From: Candidatus Heimdallarchaeota archaeon
Lineage (GTDB): Archaea > Asgardarchaeota > Heimdallarchaeia > JABLTI01
NCBI GenBank assembly: GCA_018238155.1
Contig: JABCTZ010000007.1
Location: 96,001-160,000 of the forward strand
DNA length: 64,000 nt
Direction of reading: 5' to 3'
Shown here: positions 61,087-64,000 of the stretch, piece after piece
Layout of the letters: every line of letters begins with the position of its first letter
Numbering within the stretch: the first letter of the stretch is position 1
Notes under the pieces: model-generated
What the model was told of the DNA's origin: nothing
What the model saw: only the letters and a program-made list of their open reading frames with translations
The model's database searches: none
Made by a program: the position numbers and the translations under genes

Positions 61087-62358
61087 TTATTGCTTAAAGC
61101 ATTCGCTATTCAACTTTTGCAACAAATCGCATAGTTCGTAATATTTTTGTTTATGGATTTTGCTCAGTAATGTAGCAAAATAGTCTTGGACTTTGCTGTC
61201 GCCATATTCGATTTTCTTTAAGAATTGACTGATTTCGTGCAAAACTTGAATAAATTCTTGAGAGACTCCTCGAGTTTCCCGAGTAAATTTATCGATTTTC
61301 TTGCGAAGATCAATGATATTTGTTGACTCTTCTGTACTTGAACAACTATTCATTATTTCTAATAATTCTTTCATAGATCTATTTTCGGACATAACTTTAA
61401 GGTTAAACCCTTTCACTCCGGAATGGAGAAGATCTAAGTTTTTCATGGTTTCGTAATCTGTTAAGGTAAATGTTTCGAAATTTTTGATAGTTTGTTCTTT
61501 TAGTGAGGAACTTACTCTTATTGATTTCACTATCTCAGTTGCTCTCTCTTTAATAAATTGAAAATTTTTCTCTTGATTTTCAGGTTCTAAGTTCATTATC
61601 ATAAGAGCAATGTATTTCAAAATACAGTCATTAATTCTATTCTGCCAATAAAGGATGTCATTTGATGAACCTGATTCCCTTTGCTCAATTTCAACGAGTC
61701 TCAAACCAATTTCAAGTAATGCTTCGCTACAGATATAAACTAAATCAATCTCTTTTATCTTAATTGCTTGTGAAATACCTGCCCTTAATAAATTCCATAA
61801 AATTCTAATGAATGCTTTATCTTGATTTAATTTATCTACTACAATCTCAGGTGCAATTTTGCTCTTTAATTCTGGTTTATTCTCAGAAACTTGAAAAATA
61901 GATTTGACAATGAAATCTTGAGGTGTTTTTCCTGCAAGTTGCACGCCTCTAATGAAACCAATTACTTGCTGTGTTGGAAGCTTTTCTTCGAAATCTGCTT
62001 TATTTAGGAAATCAAATTCGAAGTGTTGTAGTGCTTTTTTTAATTCTTTTGTAACTAAATGTTCTATTATTATTTGAGAAGCTTTACTTACAATTTCTCT
62101 GAGTGTCTCAGAGGCACCTTTAGTAAAAATTAGAGCTGCAGGAATTATTTTTGCTGTTCTCTTTTTCAGCAACCTTCCAGAAACAATAATTTCAGTAACT
62201 TGTGAGGGATCAAAAGCAATCGAACTAGAATTTTGAAGCTCAAATCTAGCAAATCTGTCTGAATAGATTTTTTTGATTACTCCAATTTCTGCTCCACTTT
62301 CATTAAGAATAATTGTACCGCTTTCGATTTTCTCTTGATTCATTGTAATTCCTCGCAA
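61087..62358 (-). CDS. Hypothetical protein; possible N-terminal PRC-barrel-like domain, otherwise helical
   Basis: GTIILNESGAEIGVIKKI resembles the PRC G..V.D..G..IG.V pattern. Confidence 0.6.
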   Translation of the reverse strand: MRGITMNQEKIESGTIILNESGAEIGVIKKIYSDRFARFELQNSSSIAFDPSQVTEIIVSGRLLKKRTAKIIPAALIFTKGASETLREIVSKASQIIIEHLVTKELKKALQHFEFDFLNKADFEEKLPTQQVIGFIRGVQLAGKTPQDFIVKSIFQVSENKPELKSKIAPEIVVDKLNQDKAFIRILWNLLRAGISQAIKIKEIDLVYICSEALLEIGLRLVEIEQRESGSSNDILYWQNRINDCILKYIALMIMNLEPENQEKNFQFIKERATEIVKSIRVSSSLKEQTIKNFETFTLTDYETMKNLDLLHSGVKGFNLKVMSENRSMKELLEIMNSCSSTEESTNIIDLRKKIDKFTRETRGVSQEFIQVLHEISQFLKKIEYGDSKVQDYFATLLSKIHKQKYYELCDLLQKLNSECFKQ

Positions 62359-62506
62359 TTTTGAGTATAATTTTGTGCTGGTATGAAAAAGGACTTCCAG
62401 TTTTAATGCTTCTTAATCCTTTCTTGCTTTAAACTAAAATCGGTCTCTATAGGATACCTAAAGAATCTTTCCTTAAATTCTATTGTATCATTCCAATTAT
62501 GTTCTT

Positions 62507-63265
62507 TTAATCTTTTATTGGAAGCCCAATACCAATCTCTACATTTTGTTCATGTTGGATTTTCAATCTCTTCAACTCAGTGATTTTAGTAATTGAGGAA
62601 TCTGTTGCTTTGTTAAGTATACGAATGTATTTCCTTTGATCTTCGGATAATTCTGCAGAAGATAGAAGTTCTAATGCGAGTGCTATTGATTGCACATCAT
62701 TTGCAAAATCGTGACGTATATGTTTAATTGTATCTTGAAGTTCATTAACTCTTTTTTGAAAATTCTCTTGAAGAATCATGTTTCCAATTGATGTACTTAC
62801 TAAAATACTAATATTTTCGAAAAAAAGCATTTCATCATGGCTGAATTTTTCCTTTTTTCGATAGCCGACTGTTATCAATCCAAGAATATTTTTTTTGAAG
62901 ATAACAGGTGCAATGGCTACAGATTTGAACTTAACGAACTCAGGCAATAATTTATTGTGTTTGGGTCTTTTGGTCCAATTTTGATAAATAAATAATTTCT
63001 GTTCTGAAAGGTTATCAATGATAATATCATAATCTTGTGTTTTTGTCTTTTCAATTTCTTTTTGAATATTGATTCCAAAATTAGCTCTCAATTGAAGCTT
63101 CTGTTCTAAATTGAAGATGTGAATAGTAACTGCATCATAAAATAGACAATCTTGAATTACTTTTATTGTTTCCTCCATCAACTTTTGAGAAGTATTACAA
63201 ACTTGCAATGTTTTAGCTATTTCATTTAAACATTGAATTAGTTTTTTTGAGTTAGATTGATCCAA
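62507..63265 (-). CDS. GAF + HisKA (H-box) protein without HATPase domain
   Basis: FKSVAIAPV....ILGLITV....FS.DE GAF motif; IRHDFANDVQSI H-box helix pair; stop follows. Confidence 0.75.
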   Translation of the reverse strand: MDQSNSKKLIQCLNEIAKTLQVCNTSQKLMEETIKVIQDCLFYDAVTIHIFNLEQKLQLRANFGINIQKEIEKTKTQDYDIIIDNLSEQKLFIYQNWTKRPKHNKLLPEFVKFKSVAIAPVIFKKNILGLITVGYRKKEKFSHDEMLFFENISILVSTSIGNMILQENFQKRVNELQDTIKHIRHDFANDVQSIALALELLSSAELSEDQRKYIRILNKATDSSITKITELKRLKIQHEQNVEIGIGLPIKD

Positions 63266-63351
63266 TTTAACACATCCGTAATTATTGATTGTTCAATTAT
63301 TCTTGAATCTTCTGTCAATATACCATACTATATGAACGTATCACTGCAATA

Positions 63352-64000
63352 TTAAGAATTTTCTTGCTGCTGAGAAGTATTAGCTCGAAGTGCATTGTAC
63401 TTTTCAATTTCTTTTGGTCTAACGAAAAAGAACATCAGTATTACACTGACTATATAGAAGCCCATTGCTGTGTATCCGCAATATATGTAATTTCCAGTAA
63501 AGTCAAATATTATTTTACCAAGGATGGCAGCAGCAGCAGCTTGGCTAATTTGACCAAAAGTATTGTTTATTGCTAATGCTGTTCCTTTTGAGGATGGAGT
63601 AACTTCTGTTATAAATGCATTATAGCTCCCCATCGAAATGGCGCCTACGAAATTTAGTATCAGAATATTTACAATAGCTAAATTTGATGTGAATGAAATC
63701 AATGGAAATATTCCAATCCAAATAGCGGTTAAACTTGTACCTACAATGATGATTAGTTTTTTACCAACTTTATCTGCAAGCCAACTGAAAAAAGTATTAC
63801 TAATGAGAGCTGCTATTCCTGCTCCCATAAAGATAAATCCAATTGTTGTAGTTTCTAATTGAAATTTCTTATAAAGCCAAGTTGATAATAAGGTAGTCAT
63901 AGCAAAAAGACCTCCTCTTTGAAAAAGAGTGATGAAAAAGGTTCCTAATGCATATTTATTTGAGAGGACTCGTTTCATTCGATTGAAATACGAGAGCTCA
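63352..64000 (-). CDS. MFS transporter (C-terminal half; 5' end beyond the window)
   Basis: WLADKVGKK motif A, six TM helices, P...G.A.A motif. Confidence 0.85.
   Translation of the reverse strand, partial: ELSYFNRMKRVLSNKYALGTFFITLFQRGGLFAMTTLLSTWLYKKFQLETTTIGFIFMGAGIAALISNTFFSWLADKVGKKLIIIVGTSLTAIWIGIFPLISFTSNLAIVNILILNFVGAISMGSYNAFITEVTPSSKGTALAINNTFGQISQAAAAAILGKIIFDFTGNYIYCGYTAMGFYIVSVILMFFFVRPKEIEKYNALRANTSQQQENS

Overview
AT-rich (roughly one-third GC by eye), gene-dense archaeal chromosome segment, most likely from an Asgard archaeon (Heimdallarchaeia-like; inferred from archaeal core genes plus eukaryote-signature domains). Core genes: thrS, tmk, tfe, dys, EF-1alpha, rpoB-rpoA1-rpoA2-rpl30e-nusA, and a tRNA-Cys with two BHB introns. 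Metabolic genes: a [NiFe]-hydrogenase/HdrCB/soluble fumarate-reductase-like operon, RbkR with its operator, PncC, SdaAB/AA and TldDE. There are several surface proteins (FG-GAP+TSP3, S-layer-like). I see no CRISPR array, rRNA or intact mobile element. The best candidates for undescribed biology are: (1) a RagA-like GTPase-roadblock gene immediately upstream of an NPRL2/folliculin-like longin protein that keeps the GAP arginine finger, a possible proto Rag-GATOR1 pair; (2) two paralogous TrmB-like proteins whose linker is expanded into several hundred residues of helical rod (hendecad repeats in the longer one), one next to a PRC-barrel gene; (3) a structured ~230-nt candidate ncRNA with repeated GCCGAG loops, head-to-head with a motif-degenerate SF2 pseudo-helicase; (4) the Mvh-Hdr-Tfr-like module; (5) a cytoplasmic SNAP-like solenoid + Ig protein. 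All homology calls come from motif recognition by eye and recalled family sequences. No searches were run.
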